Shown here piece after piece: positions 13,453-28,398 of a stretch of 64,000 nt of DNA (the first letter of the stretch is position 1; every line of letters starts with the position of its first letter). This DNA comes from Eledone cirrhosa. Its lineage: Eukaryota. The position numbers and the translations under genes were made by a program. Where the stretch lies: NCBI GenBank assembly GCA_964016885.1, contig OZ024740.1, forward strand, positions 417,818,001 through 417,882,000. The letters run 5' to 3'. Under the pieces are notes generated by a model that was not told the DNA's origin, made no database searches, and saw only the letters and a list, made by a program, of their open reading frames with translations.

Positions 13453-13483
<31 letters not shown>

Positions 13484-14180
13484 CATACATATACATACAT
13501 ACATATATATACATATACACATACATACATATATACATATATATAAGCACTTTAATACATGAATACACTTACATCTAACTATACACATCAAACATATATA
13601 TATATTTACTTATTTATATACATTTTCACATATATATACATACTTATGGACGTTTTTAGACACATTCATTATCGCATATTTGTACCTATTCTCATCAGCA
13701 TATCTTTTCATTATTAGTATGGTAATTTAAGGTTATTAATATATGTTGAGAAGAGATTGTTTTTATATTTTTCTAACTAGATTAAGGTTTATATAGTTGG
13801 GGGATGTCCCTCTTTTATGTAATATTCGGCTTGTAGTGGGAAAAAAGGGTTTTAGTTCTGTGACGGCAGAATAATGTTCGTTCAATTCTGTTATTCAGCA
13901 GTTTCTTCTTGTGTGTGATTATGTAATAAATCTCAAGATTACACAATTTGCAGAAATTTTGGCTCCTGGAAAAGCTTTGGGTTTTAGCTAATTTTTCCCA
14001 TTTTAGGGTAAACTTTTGGTCGCTATCCCTGAGCGTCCAAGCTTTTTCTGCTAAAGTTGTTACATTTCTTTGGCTCTGGTGTTTTATTGAGTAAGAATGC
14101 CTATACAATCGAGATTTAAACGATGTTGCCGTTGATCCCACGTAATACCACTCGTTGCCTCCGGATTTAATGGTACACTT
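12721..14180 (-). mobile_element. 5'-truncated Neptune-like PLE (family G)
   Basis: GIY-YIG remnant 13815-14180 (KCTI..YYVGSTATSFKSRLYRH, CKLCNLE, LLN, CRH); ~940-nt 3'UTR; HHR near the 3' end; ends in (TA)n. Confidence 0.85.
12758..12874 (-). ncRNA. Type I hammerhead ribozyme with ~90-nt stem II
   Basis: TTATT-CTGATGA-A-ATGACAGT...ACTGTTAT-A-GAAA-CACGTG-TC-AATAA. Confidence 0.78.
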
Positions 14181-14291
<111 letters not shown>

Positions 14292-14689
14292 ACTATATTA
14301 CGTAATGTTCCTTCTAGTTTTTAAAACGATTAGATAGGGATTTGAGAGAAATTTGGTTACTATTTCTAGCAGGTCGACACCTAGGCTTAATTGATTTGCT
14401 GTTGTTTAGTCAAATACGCCCTTGTTAAGCTTATCATGTCTATTTTTTCTAGGTGTAATGTACTCGGAACACCCAGTGTACCCCTTAAATAGGGTATGAT
14501 TTGAGGTATATTTATCTGCTATTTTTAGCAGGTCATTGTCATATCCCTTCCGTCCCTTTCCAATTATTTGTCTATCAAATAATTCCGCCGCTTTCAATTT
14601 TTCCCTGACCAAGCATAAAACCTTACACACGTTATATAATCGTTAGCAGTGTTATGTCACCTTAATGTTATATTTAGAAATTATAGCAT

Positions 14690-14720
14690 TGAAACAGTAG
14701 CAAAAGTAACAGCAGTAGCT

Positions 14721-14789
<69 letters not shown>

Positions 14790-14994
14790 ATGGTGGTGAT
14801 GGGGTGGTAGTAGTAGTAGTGGTAGTAACAGTAGTAGTAGTAGTAGTAGCAGTAGCAATAGTAGTAGTAGTAGTAGTAGCAACAGTAGTAGTAGTAACAG
14901 TAGTAGTAGTAGTAGTAGTAGTAGTAGCAGCAGCAGTAGTAGCAGTAGTAGTAGTAGCAGCAGCAGCAGTAGTAGTAGTAGCAGGAGCAGCAGC

Positions 14995-15038
<44 letters not shown>

Positions 15039-15198
15039 CAGCAGCAGTAATAGTAGTAGCAGTAGCAGCAGCAGTAGTAGTAGTAGTAGTAGCAGCAGCA
15101 GCAGTAGCAGTAGTAGTAGTAGTAGTAGTAGTAGCAGTAGTAATAGTAGTAGTAATAGTAGTAGCAGTAGCAGCAGTAGTAGTAGTAATACTTGTAGC

Positions 15199-15238
<40 letters not shown>

Positions 15239-15255
15239 ATAGTAGTAGCAGCAGC

Positions 15256-15290
<35 letters not shown>

Positions 15291-15291
15291 C

Positions 15292-15353
<62 letters not shown>

Positions 15354-15360
15354 CAGCAGC

Positions 15361-15415
<55 letters not shown>

Positions 15416-15447
15416 ATAGTAGTAGTAATAGTAGTAGCAGTAGCAGC

Positions 15448-15508
<61 letters not shown>

Positions 15509-15881
15509 ATGGTGGTGATGGGGTGGTAGTAGTAGTAGTGGTAGTAACAGTAGTAGTAGTAGTAGTAGCAGTAGCAATAGTAGTAGTAGTAGTAGTAGCA
15601 ACAGTAGTAGTAGTAACAGTAGTAGTAGTAGTAGTAGCAGTAGTAGTAGTAGTAGTAGCAGCAGCAGTAGTAGCAGTAGTAGTAGTAGCAGCAGCAGCAG
15701 TAGTAGTAGTAGCAGGAGCAGCAGCAGTAGTAGTAGTAGTAGTAGTAGTAGCAGTAGCAATAGTAGTAGTAGTAGTAGTAGCAACAGTAGTAGTAGTAAC
15801 AGTAGTAGTAGTAGTAGTAGCAGTAGTAGTAGTAGTAGTAGCAGCAGCAGTAGTAGCAGTAGTAGTAGTAGCAGCAGCAGC

Positions 15882-15916
<35 letters not shown>

Positions 15917-15974
15917 CAGCAGCAGTAATAGTAGTAGCAGTAGCAGCAGTAGTAGTAATAGTAGTAGCAGCAGC

Positions 15975-16006
<32 letters not shown>

Positions 16007-16037
16007 AAGTAGTAGTAGTAGTAGTAGCAGCAGCAGC

Positions 16038-16114
<77 letters not shown>

Positions 16115-16154
16115 AAGTAGTAATAGTAGTAGTAATAGTAGTAGCAGTAGCAGC

Positions 16155-16231
<77 letters not shown>

Positions 16232-16278
16232 AAGTAGTAGTAGTAGTAGTAGCAGTAGTAGTAGTAGTAGTAGTAGTA

Positions 16279-16345
<67 letters not shown>

Positions 16346-16360
16346 TAGTAGTAGTAGTAG
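14690..16360. repeat. Complex (TAG/CAG)n trinucleotide array with higher-order duplication
   Basis: The marker GTGATGGTGGTGATGGGGTGG recurs at a 719-bp offset (~14787 and ~15506). Confidence 0.95.
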
Positions 16361-16646
16361 TAAAGATAGTTAGCTTTGTATTTATTTCTAAGTTGAACAG
16401 TTTAGATGTTTTGACTAACTACCTGATCTATGGAGAATAGATAGGATATAGATATTGTAATAGACAGGAGAATAGAGGGAGAGATGAGAGAGGGGGAGGA
16501 GAGATTGAAGGATAGCATGGGAGAGATCGCCAGATGGAAAGAGAGAGAGAGAGGGAGAGAGAGAGAGGGAAGGATAGGGAGAGAGAGAGGGAAGGATAGG
16601 GAGAGAGAGAGAGAGAGAACGATAGCGAGAGAAGGATAGGGATAGG

Positions 16647-16688
<42 letters not shown>

Positions 16689-16723
16689 AGCAAGAGGGAA
16701 AAGGAGAGTGAGAGAAGGATAGG

Positions 16724-16774
<51 letters not shown>

Positions 16775-16971
16775 TGTGTGTGTGTGTGTGTGTGTGTTTT
16801 GTCTTTCTTTATTGTTTATTTGTCCTGTGAGTAAAAAGAGAAAAGTGTAAAGTAAAAAAAAAAAGCAGTGACCAGTGATATCTGTGAGAGTGACGCCATT
16901 GGCTGTCGGAGATATTGAGACAAAATGACTGCGAATAAAGATAGGTCGTCAACTTTCAAATAGCAAAACGA

Positions 16972-16994
16972 AACAACAACAACAACAACAATAA

Positions 16995-17076
<82 letters not shown>

Positions 17077-17167
17077 GACGACAACTGCAGCAGCAACACA
17101 GCAGCAGCAACAACAGCAGCAACAACAACAACAACAGCAGTAGCAACAACAACAGCAGCAACAACAG

Positions 17168-17213
<46 letters not shown>

Positions 17214-17299
17214 GACGACAACTGCAGCAGCAACAACAGCAGCAACAACAACAACAACAGCAGTAGCAACAACAACAGCAGCAACAACAGCAGCAACAA

Positions 17300-17340
<41 letters not shown>

Positions 17341-17424
17341 ACAACAGCAGCAACAACAGTAACAATAACAACAACAACAGTAACATCAACAAAGACTAAA
17401 AATAAAATAAAATAGTTAGTGAAC

Positions 17425-17459
<35 letters not shown>

Positions 17460-17492
17460 CAGTTGTAGTAGTAGTAGTAGTTGTAGTAGTAG
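16972..17492. repeat. (CAA/CAG)n followed by (TAG)n arrays
   Basis: Direct inspection. Confidence 0.95.
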
Positions 17493-17641
17493 TAGGAGTT
17501 CTAACGGTATCAAAAGCAGCCTGTATGTCTGCTGCTACAAACTACATAAACACAAACACATACAAACATGCACATTCACAAAGACACACACACACACACA
17601 ATATAATATATATATGCCTGCGTGTGTCTTTGTGAAAGTAC

Positions 17642-17709
<68 letters not shown>

Positions 17710-18106
17710 ACAGGCATGCATACACACATTTGTATATAAGTATGCACACGCCCTTACACAGACATATGCAGAGTTGGACGATACATATATATATATATAT
17801 GTGTGTGTGTGCATCCTTATGAGTGAGTGAGTGTAAATGTAGATATGTGGTGGGGTAGATGTAGGTAGGTGTGTTACATGGTGGCGGCTCTATGTCTGGA
17901 GATATCAGACTGAAAAAGCCAGACGGACGAATGAATAAAAGAAAGAAAGGCAGGGTGAGAGATAGTGACAGAGAGAGAGAGAGAGAGAGAGAGGTAGACA
18001 GGGTAAGAGATAGAGAGAGACTGTGTAAGAAAAATATCTAAATTAAGAACAATGAAGGGAAATAAACATAAAAACTAGTAACTCTAAGAAATGTCAATAA
18101 TACTAA

Positions 18107-18257
18107 TAATTGTTTCTTCTTTTGGCACAAGGCCAGCAATTATCGCAGTACATTACTGGTACTTTATTTTATCGACCCCGTAAGGATGAAAGGCAAGGCT
18201 AACCTCGGTGGGATTTGAACACAGAATGTAAAGGGTTGTAACTCTATGTTGCAAAGC
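18107..18257 (-). mobile_element. SINE family 1
   Basis: Reverse complement of the family-1 consensus. Confidence 0.8.
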
Positions 18258-18439
18258 AAATAATAATTTATTTATTTATAAAAAGAACTTCTAACATAAA
18301 TCATAAGAGCAGAGAGTTTACAGTAGAGAATAGTTGATTTATCGACCCCTGGAAAGATGAAGCGTTAAGTCGAAAGTCGACCCCTGTAGGGTTTGAACTC
18401 AACGTAAGGAACCGAAAATAAACACCCACCAATTTTACA

Positions 18440-18690
18440 TTTGTTTTGTAGAACCTGTTTCCCACACTATCACACATTTATTGAAATAATTCAGATAGTA
18501 GAAACAGATCCCATAAAATTCAAAAAGTCTTTGGACAAATTCCTCCTAGAAATCCTAGATAAACCTCCTACACCCGGATATGTCTTCGTAAGCAATAACT
18601 CTATACTTCAGTGGGTCATGGTGTCCAAATCCTGATTTGAAAGACTTGCCGTGTTATTAAGTTATCATGACCTGGGCCAATACTGGCCGA

Positions 18691-18693
<3 letters not shown>
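18440..18693 (+). mobile_element. CR1/Jockey-like LINE 3' end
   Basis: KFKKSLDKFLLEILDKPPTPGY...NSI C-terminal motif, short 3'UTR, then (TA)n. Confidence 0.65.
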
Positions 18694-18757
<64 letters not shown>

Positions 18758-18877
18758 AATAGTTTATTGATAGCATTGTTGTAATTGTTGTTATTGTTCT
18801 AATTGAATGCCATAACTACTCCATATAGTAGCCGTATTTTCTTTTCTTTTCTTGCCTGTGTATTTTCTTCATTCTCG

Positions 18878-18990
18878 CATGCTCCGAAGATCTGACTGGT
18901 TATAATTCTGTATTGGCGATCGAGTAACGCAAAATTAAGCGGATAGCGATCTCTAGACATACCAGTTCAGTGAAACAAATGTAAGCTATG
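18878..18990 (+). ncRNA. Type I hammerhead ribozyme, U4C variant with long stem II
   Basis: CATGCT-CCGAAGA-T-CTGACTGGT...ACCAGTTCAG-T-GAAA-CAAATG-TA-AGCTATG, inside a ~390-bp island (18752-19140) between (TA)n tracts. Confidence 0.7.
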
Positions 18991-19135
18991 TGATTAAAAA
19001 CTTTTTTGTATAGCAAACCATGTAAACCTTCTTTCCTGATTTATTATTACTCCAAGTGTTTACAACATAGGAATTACAGCATACCCGCAGCATCACTATG
19101 AAAACGCCTTGTTGAGTCAAACCAAGCCAAGCGTT

Positions 19136-19166
<31 letters not shown>

Positions 19167-19185
19167 GATATATATAATATATATA

Positions 19186-19904
<719 letters not shown>

Positions 19905-19911
<7 letters not shown>

Positions 19912-20284
19912 TACAAATATTAATAAAATAGATGTTCTTTTGATCAATTAAATTTTATTATACATATTTCAGAGGTACAACAGTACGTCCTCATCCGACA
20001 AAATATAATGTTAAATGGTTAAGATTTAATCAAGGTACTACCTTGATGAAATCTTAACCATTTAACATCTCAGGGTATGTCATGTATCATTATATTTTGT
20101 CTGCTGAGGACGTACTGTTTTACCTCTGAAATATGTATAATAAAATTTAATTGATCCAAAGAACATCTATTTTATTAATATTTGTATTTTAATATTAATA
20201 ATTCTGAAAAATATTACTTGTAGAGTGCTTCCAATCTACTGTAAAACTTATTCTTTGATGTACTCATTCAATCTTGTTTAACTC

Positions 20285-20288
<4 letters not shown>
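19905..20288. mobile_element. Family D fold-back mini-element
   Basis: Centre ~20038; HHR-like motifs at 19953-20003 (-) and 20095-20145 (+), each with one core substitution; the right arm has a ~95-nt tail. Confidence 0.8.
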
Positions 20289-20328
<40 letters not shown>

Positions 20329-20332
<4 letters not shown>

Positions 20333-22593
20333 TGTTATACTTTGGGAGGGTCATGTTGCCAATAAGAAACACACGCACCAGTTGCTTTCACCTCAATTTA
20401 TTATAATAAATTTATAATAAATTTATAAATTTATAAATTTCTGGTTGGTTGGTTCCACAACCAGATAGTTGTTTATATATTGTCATAGTTCTTTCGTCAC
20501 ACACTCTGTGACCTCTTCAGTGACTGGGGATTCCTTTCTTTGTTTCTGTGCCTCTCCTTTGTTCTGTCCTACGCCATTTTGTTTCTGTGTGTGTGTTGTG
20601 TGCTCAGTCTGCGCATGCGCCACATCCGGGTGTCTGTGTGTGTTTATGTTCATTTATTTATTTGTTTATTTACATGTTACTGGTTGGTTGTTTGTTCTAT
20701 GTGTGTGTGTGTTTTCATTTTGTCCTTAATTGTAAGTTGTGATGTTGCTGTTCCACTCATATTTTCTATTTAATTTTGGTTGTAATTCTTTTATGTTTAT
20801 TGCCTCTGTAATTTGTCTAAACATTGCGTCTTTTCTGTGTGTAGATTCTATTTTTATTTCTATGTTCTCTAATTTACCCTTGTGTTCTATTTTAGCATGT
20901 TGGTAGAGTACAGATGATTCTTTACTATCTTGAAGGTCTCGCCAGTGTTCATTTATCCGTTCCCCTACACTACGAGCTGTCTCACCTATGTACACTATAT
21001 TTTTGTCTCTACATCGTCCTTCAGTACATCTTATGCTATACACTACATTTCTAGTTTTACAGTTAATATGGGGGCTTATTTTACAGGTTATACATTTCTT
21101 ATCTATACATGAGGGTCTTTGAAAAGGGTATGTCTTGGTAATAAGTGTTTTTACGGAGGTACCAGGTTTTGGTTAGATACCAGAGCTCCGGTTAGATACC
21201 ATTAACAACAAAAAACAAATCCTCCATTCCCATTATGCCAAACCCATGACTTCCAAACATCTGATCCACCGAAACTCGGCCATTTCGGACCATACCAAAA
21301 TCAACATACTGATTGCGGATTTGGTACGGGTGATGAGAAATGTGTCCCGCATGTGCAATCCCGAAGAACTAGAGAGACACATACAACACTTCATCCACCG
21401 TATGCAGTTCTCTGGCTACAATCAGAGAGATAAAATCAGAGTGTATAGAGGAGCCAGAACCAAATGGGGAAAAAATGGTAAATAATGACATAAATGGGAC
21501 CTGCCCCGTGTATAGGAGCAAATTTTGGAATAGAATAGAAAGAACTAGGAACAAGGCTAATAGAATAAACTCATGGTATGATAGCAATAAATACCAGAGT
21601 GTAATGTTCATCGATACAACCCCTAGAGGTGAATTAGCTTACAAATTTAGAAGGGCCCTAAATAAACATAAACTCAATATTAAGATAGTAGAAAGACCAG
21701 GTACCTCCGTAAAAACACTTATTAGCAAGACATACCCTTTTCAAAGACCCTCGTGTATAGATAAGAAATGTATAACCTGTAAAATAAGCCCCCATATTAA
21801 CTGTAAAACTAGAAATGTAGTGTATAGCATAAGCTGTACTGAAGGACAATGTAGAGACAAAAATATAGTGTACATAGGTGAGACAGCTCGTAGTGTAGGG
21901 GAACGGATAAATGAACACTGGCGAGACCTTCAAGATAGTAAAGAATCATCTGTACTCTACCAACATGCTAAAATAGAACACAAGGGTAAATCAGAGAACA
22001 TAGAAATAAAAATAGAATCTACACACAGAAAAGACGCAATGTTTAGACAAATTACAGAGGCAATAAACATAAAAGAATTACAATCAAAATTAAATAGAAA
22101 ATATGAGTGGAACAGCAACATCACAACTTACAATTAAGGACAAAATGAAAACGCACACACACATAGAACAAACAACCAGCCAGTAGCATGTAAATAAACA
22201 AATAAATAAATGAACATAAACACACACAGACACCCGGATGTGGCGCATGCGCAGACTGAGCACACAACACACACACAGAAACAAAATGGCGTAGGACAGA
22301 ACAAAGGAGAGGCACAGAAACAAAGAAAGGAATCCCCAGTCACTGAAGAGGTCACAGAGTGTGTGACGAAAGAACTATGACAATACATAAACAACTATCT
22401 GGTTGTGGAACCAACCAACCAACCAGAAATTTATAAATTTATAAATTTATTATAAATTTATTATAATAAATTGAAGTGAAAGCAACTGGTGCGTGTGTTT
22501 CTTATTGGCAACATGACCCTCCCAAAGTATAACAATATCGGTTTCAACACACGATTTCAGATAAAGAATCTTCCTAAACAAATTCAGAAACCG

Positions 22594-22596
<3 letters not shown>
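20329..22596 (+). mobile_element. PLE family A (Nematis-like) with ~840-bp inverted arm
   Basis: 20331-21167 antisense; sense 21190-22596; HHRs at 20481-20525 (-) and 22338-22382 (+); flanked by (TA)n. Confidence 0.92.
21190..22137 (+). pseudogene. PLE RT thumb plus GIY-YIG, frameshift near 21470
   Basis: KPMTSKHLIHRNSA...RMQFSGY followed by an ORF near-identical to 10272-10902. Confidence 0.88.
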
Positions 22597-22633
<37 letters not shown>

Positions 22634-23129
22634 GAAAAGTATAGAAATTATTGTAGCAAGAAGCCAACAGTATTCCATAATATATAAGTGATTATAGCGT
22701 CAAAATGGAAAAATAGTTAACGTAAGATGTTCGAAAATAATTCAAAATCAATTCAAAAAGAATCAGGATATAGATTCATCCACAGATTTTGGTGAAATCC
22801 AGGAAAAAATCAATAGTGCCTTAACTCAGAATAAAATAAAGTTTAAAATACTCATCCTTCAATTTGGAAAAACTACAAATGCTCTGTATAGTCTTAAAAA
22901 AGACTATTTCACGAAACTTTCAGTGGGGATGGTCACAGTTGGAATCGATTATCAGCAGAGCTCAAAGTCACGATAACCAAAGTCCCACTGTTTATAATAT
23001 GCCAAAAAAGGAATTTAAAAGCAGGCGAGTTCAACATCATGCGTAATTATATATATATATATATATATAATTATAATAACAATAATTATAATTATAAATA
23101 TATATATATAATTATATATATATATATAT

Positions 23130-25200
23130 TTAAAAGTTAAACAAGATTCAATGAATACATCAAAGAATGAGTTTTACAATAGATTGGAAGCACTCAACAG
23201 GAAAGGTTTTCCAGAGTTATTAATATTAATTCAAAATATTAACAAAATAGATATTCTTGTGATCAAGTATATTTTATTAGACATATTTCAGAGGTACTGA
23301 TTTAAGTTCAACAGTACGTCGTCATCAGATAAAATAAGATGATGCATGACATACCCTGACATAGTAGATGGTTAAGATTCAGTCATGGTAGTGATTAACA
23401 TATGACAAATCTCAATATTTATACCCTAATATTGAGAACATGAGAAAAATATATAATACAAACAATAGAGAGGGTGCGTGTAATACAGCTTAAAAAATAC
23501 ATGGTATCAATATAACAGTTAATAAATTTTTTTTTTAAACTACTGAAGAAAGAGGAAAGAAAGGAAAGCATAGAGGAAGAAACAGCTGATGGGATAATAT
23601 AGTTAGTAGGTGCCTCGAAAAAACAAATGAGAGATGATTAAATAGAAAGAGAGACAAAGGGGAGTAATTTATGTTCAAGTTTATAGAGAATTTTCCATAT
23701 ATGCAATATATATCCAAACTTACTTAGATGGCCGTTAATATTCAAAATATTTAATTTAAGTTATTTCAGAGTAATGAGTAATATTTTAGGTTTTAAAAGT
23801 TAATAGGTATTTGTATTAATATTATATTATACTATCAAGTTTAATTTCTAAAATTCAAATTTTATGAAAACAAAAGGATTTACGAAACACGAGAGAGAAA
23901 ATATATAATGCTTTTATACCCCCCCCCCCCCGAAGGTAATCTTTACCAACATTATTTATATTGACAACAGTTTATATTATATAATTTATAAAATAATTAT
24001 AGTTACACTTATTAAAGAATTTATGATTAAACAGTTTGAGTGCCTAAAGGATCAACCGGCCTTATAATAAACTTAAAGAGGTCTGAATTTTTAATTATAT
24101 ATATGTGTTAATCAAAAATACATAAGGATTATAATGTCTATAGACTTAAGGTGATACCTTTCAAATATATATAATATAACAAAATACAATAATACAATAT
24201 AGTAAATAAGTTACTGAAAATATTGTTAAAAAATATATATAGTTAAAATATATTGTTAAAAAATTAATGTTTTATATCAATTATTTTCATTTAGTTGATA
24301 TATACTATGAATATATAATTCAAAACTATATGAGTCCTAATGATAGGGGGTAGATCAAAATAAATATAAAAATAAAAATAAAAATAATGAATTGTTTGCG
24401 AAACTTAAAAATGCCCAATATTAAAAATATATTATAAAATGTAATATGGTTTTAATATAAAGTAGATACGTTTAAAATATTTTAGCGAATGTGATAGAAA
24501 GAGGAGCTAAATATTTGAAAAAGCCGAAGGTAATCTAAATTTAAATTTAATTTACATTAAATTATATTAAATTAAGTAAAAATCATTAGATAAATTCGAA
24601 CTTCCAGGGAATATCAAACACTTATAACAATATAGAGTCATTTGAGTATCTAAATTATTTATAAATGTAACTACAAGTATGTTATTACACTAGATAAACA
24701 TATTTGTACAACTATATAGAGATATTATTATAGGTATTGATGAAACGGTATACATTTAATAAATAAATAATTATAATCATTATTAGTAATGCTATAATTG
24801 TAGTTTTACCTCTAGTTCAGTGGAGAGAGAGACCAATATTTGCCGACTATTATGATTTGTTATATTTATACCTAGATGTATATAAAAATAAATAAATGCA
24901 AATCTAACTTTCTGAGTCCCCCAAAACATACTCAAAATGAATAAAATATGCAAACGCGTGAATGATCTACAGTTCAATTATAATCGGTAAATTTACAAGT
25001 TGAATATCCAAATTATATATTTAAAACAGAGACAGATACATAAAGATCCGAATCAAAATTATAAATATCTAAAATAATCATAAAGTGTGCATATTTATCA
25101 AGTAAACAAGTTACCAAATAATATGCTTATATATCTAAAGAGGATCCTGAAAACTTATATATCTAAAGAGGATCCTAAATAGCTATTTAGAACACTGGTT
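23130..25200 (-). mobile_element. Family D long copy: HHR terminus plus AT-rich decayed body
   Basis: 23130-23400 is homologous to 20040-20288; the upstream AT-rich body has possible L1-like remnants; the 5' boundary is uncertain. Confidence 0.5.
23270..23336 (-). ncRNA. Type I hammerhead ribozyme (family D)
   Basis: TATTTTAT-CTGATGA-CGACGTACTG...CAGTACCTCT-GAAA-TATGTC-TA-ATAAAATA. Confidence 0.8.
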
Positions 25201-25438
25201 TAACCGCTTTACTTCCCTCCGAAGAAGAGATATTATCTCGAAAATTAAGGACATTTAAATAAATCTAAGGCAAAAGACTAATTGTCAACAATATCTTTTG
25301 CATTTGCATTTTTTATTCTATGTCCATACCTGCATTGTTTGGCTTTACAAATTCAAACGTTTATACCTCATTACACAATGCTTCAAGTGAACTATAACTT
25401 CCATATATATATAGTTCCACAACAGTGAGTTCACCATA

Positions 25439-25479
25439 CCGAGAACAAATGTTTCACCTTATGCGGATCTTCAGCTCAA
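25439..25479 (-). ncRNA. Minimal type I hammerhead ribozyme
   Basis: TTGAG-CTGAAGA-TCCGCATAAGGT-GAAA-CATTTG-TT-CTCGG. Confidence 0.75.
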
Positions 25480-25905
25480 GTCATCAGGTCAAAATTAACT
25501 TCGTTTATACATATTCAGTGTTATATATATTTCGGTGATAACCATTATTCAACAGCTATTACCTCATCAGACAGCTAGAACTTGAACAGAAAAAATAGAA
25601 AAACATAATGGTGGAACAGAATTTACCTCTGTTATTTCGATCCTTTGATATGCCCAGTTCTGAAGTGTGGTGTTGTTTTCTCAAAGAAGTGTCGGTAACC
25701 AACCAACAGATACTCAAATTTATATATATATATATATATATATAGGGAAACGATATTTTATCGACCCGTTATTGATAGGTATAAGATGCTCTCTCTCTCT
25801 CTGTCTCTCTCTCTCTCTCTGTCTCTCTCTCTCTTTCTCAGTCTCTCTCTCTCTCAGTCTCTCTCTCTCTCTTACTCTCTCTCTCTCCTTCTCTCTCTCT
25901 CTATC

Positions 25906-25942
<37 letters not shown>

Positions 25943-25946
<4 letters not shown>

Positions 25947-26115
25947 ATAAAAGAAAAAGAATGACTTCACTTGTAGTTCTAAATAATTTGATTTAATATG
26001 ATAATATTATAATATTACAAAATTAAATCAAATTATTTAGAACTACAAGTGAAGTCATTCTTTTCCTTTTTTTCAAATATACCTAACTGTACCAAGGATC
26101 TCACACATTTTCAAG
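25943..26115. mobile_element. Family E asymmetric palindrome in (TA)n
   Basis: Homologous to 3208-3419, with a shorter left arm. Confidence 0.8.
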
Positions 26116-26380
26116 TATATATATATATATATATATAATGAAAATGTTTTCTAACTTTCTAACTATACATAGTGGAAACTCGGTTCACAAACTTAATTCG
26201 TTCCTAAAAGCCGTTCCTCGCCCGGAATGTTCGTAACAAATAGTTAAGTTCAACGTATCGGACAGTTTCCCTTCGTCAGTTGTTTAGTACATGTCACGGA
26301 TATTTTGGATAGATGTAATTGTTTATAATGCGCCGAAACATCTGTGACCCGTAGTAGACAACTGACGAAGGTAAACTGTC

Positions 26381-26561
26381 CGCTGCTTTCACCCTTAACG
26401 GGATCTTTCAGAAGATCCCGTTAAGGGTGAAAGCAGCGATTATTTGCTTAAACTTTAATCTGTTATTTTAATAAATATTTGCTCTAGGGTTCTTATATAT
26501 TTGATATATATTTATCCTTATCGAGCCCTCTTTGGATTTTAGTCTTCACATTTATTATTAT

Positions 26562-26566
<5 letters not shown>
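26381..26566. mobile_element. PLE family C fold-back fragment
   Basis: GCTGCTTTCACCCTTAACGGGATCTT-TC-AGAAGATCCCGTTAAGGG..., tailed arm ending in (TA)n. Confidence 0.8.
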
Positions 26567-26605
<39 letters not shown>

Positions 26606-26904
26606 GTCACTAATGATTTCTTTTATATATAATACAACACTGACAAATCACACACATTACAATTTTAATGCAGCCAGGCAAACTTAGATGCCATGAGGAA
26701 TAACGTATAGACCATTCCACTTATACATACAAACATTCCTAACAACACATATATACATATATCGACAGTCGATCGACTTTCATCAAATCGGACCGATTGC
26801 AAATAATATATACCGGTCACAACTCCAGGTAGGCGGAGCAAGTGTCTTGCCCCAAGGACATAACGCATTGCCTGGTCCGGGAATCGAACTCACAACCTCA
26901 CGCG

Positions 26905-27299
<395 letters not shown>

Positions 27300-27526
27300 G
27301 TATGTAAAAGGTAAACAAATAACAACACAATCGGTACAGTGTTGGATTTTCTAATTGGATTGTCACCCTGAAACTGGATACCAACCCGGAGTACAACTGA
27401 ACTTCCACCAGGAAATCTTACGTGTCATTGAAATTTTCTTTGCTTCTTATATATATAAAAGGTAGATTAAATGAGTTGATAATACAGCTGTATAAGGCAG
27501 ATAACCAAAGCTCTAATAGGATTTTG

Positions 27527-27712
27527 GTGGATTGGCAGTATCGGTAGAGGGTCGGACGCCATGCTTTGACGCATAGAGTTACGGACATTGCTATTCTGAG
27601 TTCAAATCCCTCCGAGGTTAACTTTGCCTTTCATTCTTAGGGGGTCGATAAAATAAAGTACCAGTAATGCACTGGGCAATTGCTGGCCTTGTGCCAAAAG
27701 TAGAAACAATTA
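27527..27712 (+). mobile_element. SINE family 1, full length (tRNA head plus Meta-like domain)
   Basis: A-box TGGCAGTATCGG, B-box GTTCAAATCC, GCCTTTCAT..GGGGTCGATAAAATAAAGTACCAG, ATT tail. Confidence 0.85.
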
Positions 27713-27869
27713 TCTAGTATAAGAACTGCTATATTATATTTATGTTCATACACAGAACAAGGAAGCGTTAAGTTAGGTTTCAAAACCCAATTATAAGAGG
27801 GATCAAAATTGTGAGCTAATCTTCAGGTGCTTAAACGCTTAAGTGCCAGGAGATTAGGAATACGTAACC

Positions 27870-28082
27870 TGTTTATGAGATTAACGTGCAAGTGGCTGAG
27901 CATTCCACAGATATGTGTACCCTTAATAGGGTACATTGGACGTGACAAAGTTTGTGACATGGCGGCCCCTTTCAATTACAGGTACAGTCCAGCTGACGAG
28001 CTTCCAAACAGTTTCTGACTACCCAATATCACTCACAAGGCTTGGGTTGACCCGAGGCTATGGTAAGTGACACTTACCCATG
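27870..28082. mobile_element. Old SINE fragments of octopus-like repeat families
   Basis: GTGCAAGTGGCTGAGCATTCCACAGA..TACCCTTAA and ACAAGGCTTGGGTTGACCCGAGGCTAT motifs recalled from Octopus repeats. Confidence 0.45.
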
Positions 28083-28087
28083 ATGCT

Positions 28088-28122
<35 letters not shown>

Positions 28123-28150
28123 GGTGGTGGTAGTAGTAGTAGTAGTGGTG

Positions 28151-28208
<58 letters not shown>

Positions 28209-28398
28209 AAGAAGTAGTAGTAGTAACAACAGCAGCAGCTGTAGTAGTAGTAGTAGTATTAGTAGTAGTAGTGGTAGTGCCAGTATCAGAATAGAGGTAT
28301 GATTGATGTAAAATTATTGGTGTTTACATAAGGAATATATAGTGTTACATAATACACAATATATTAATAAATGGAAACTATATTTATAAAACCATATT

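Noticed and set aside
26760-26800. TTGATGA plus GTCGATCGAC palindrome on minus
   Set aside because: No GAAA core half
27527-27612. tRNA gene (A/B boxes)
   Set aside because: No cloverleaf; it is the head of a multicopy SINE
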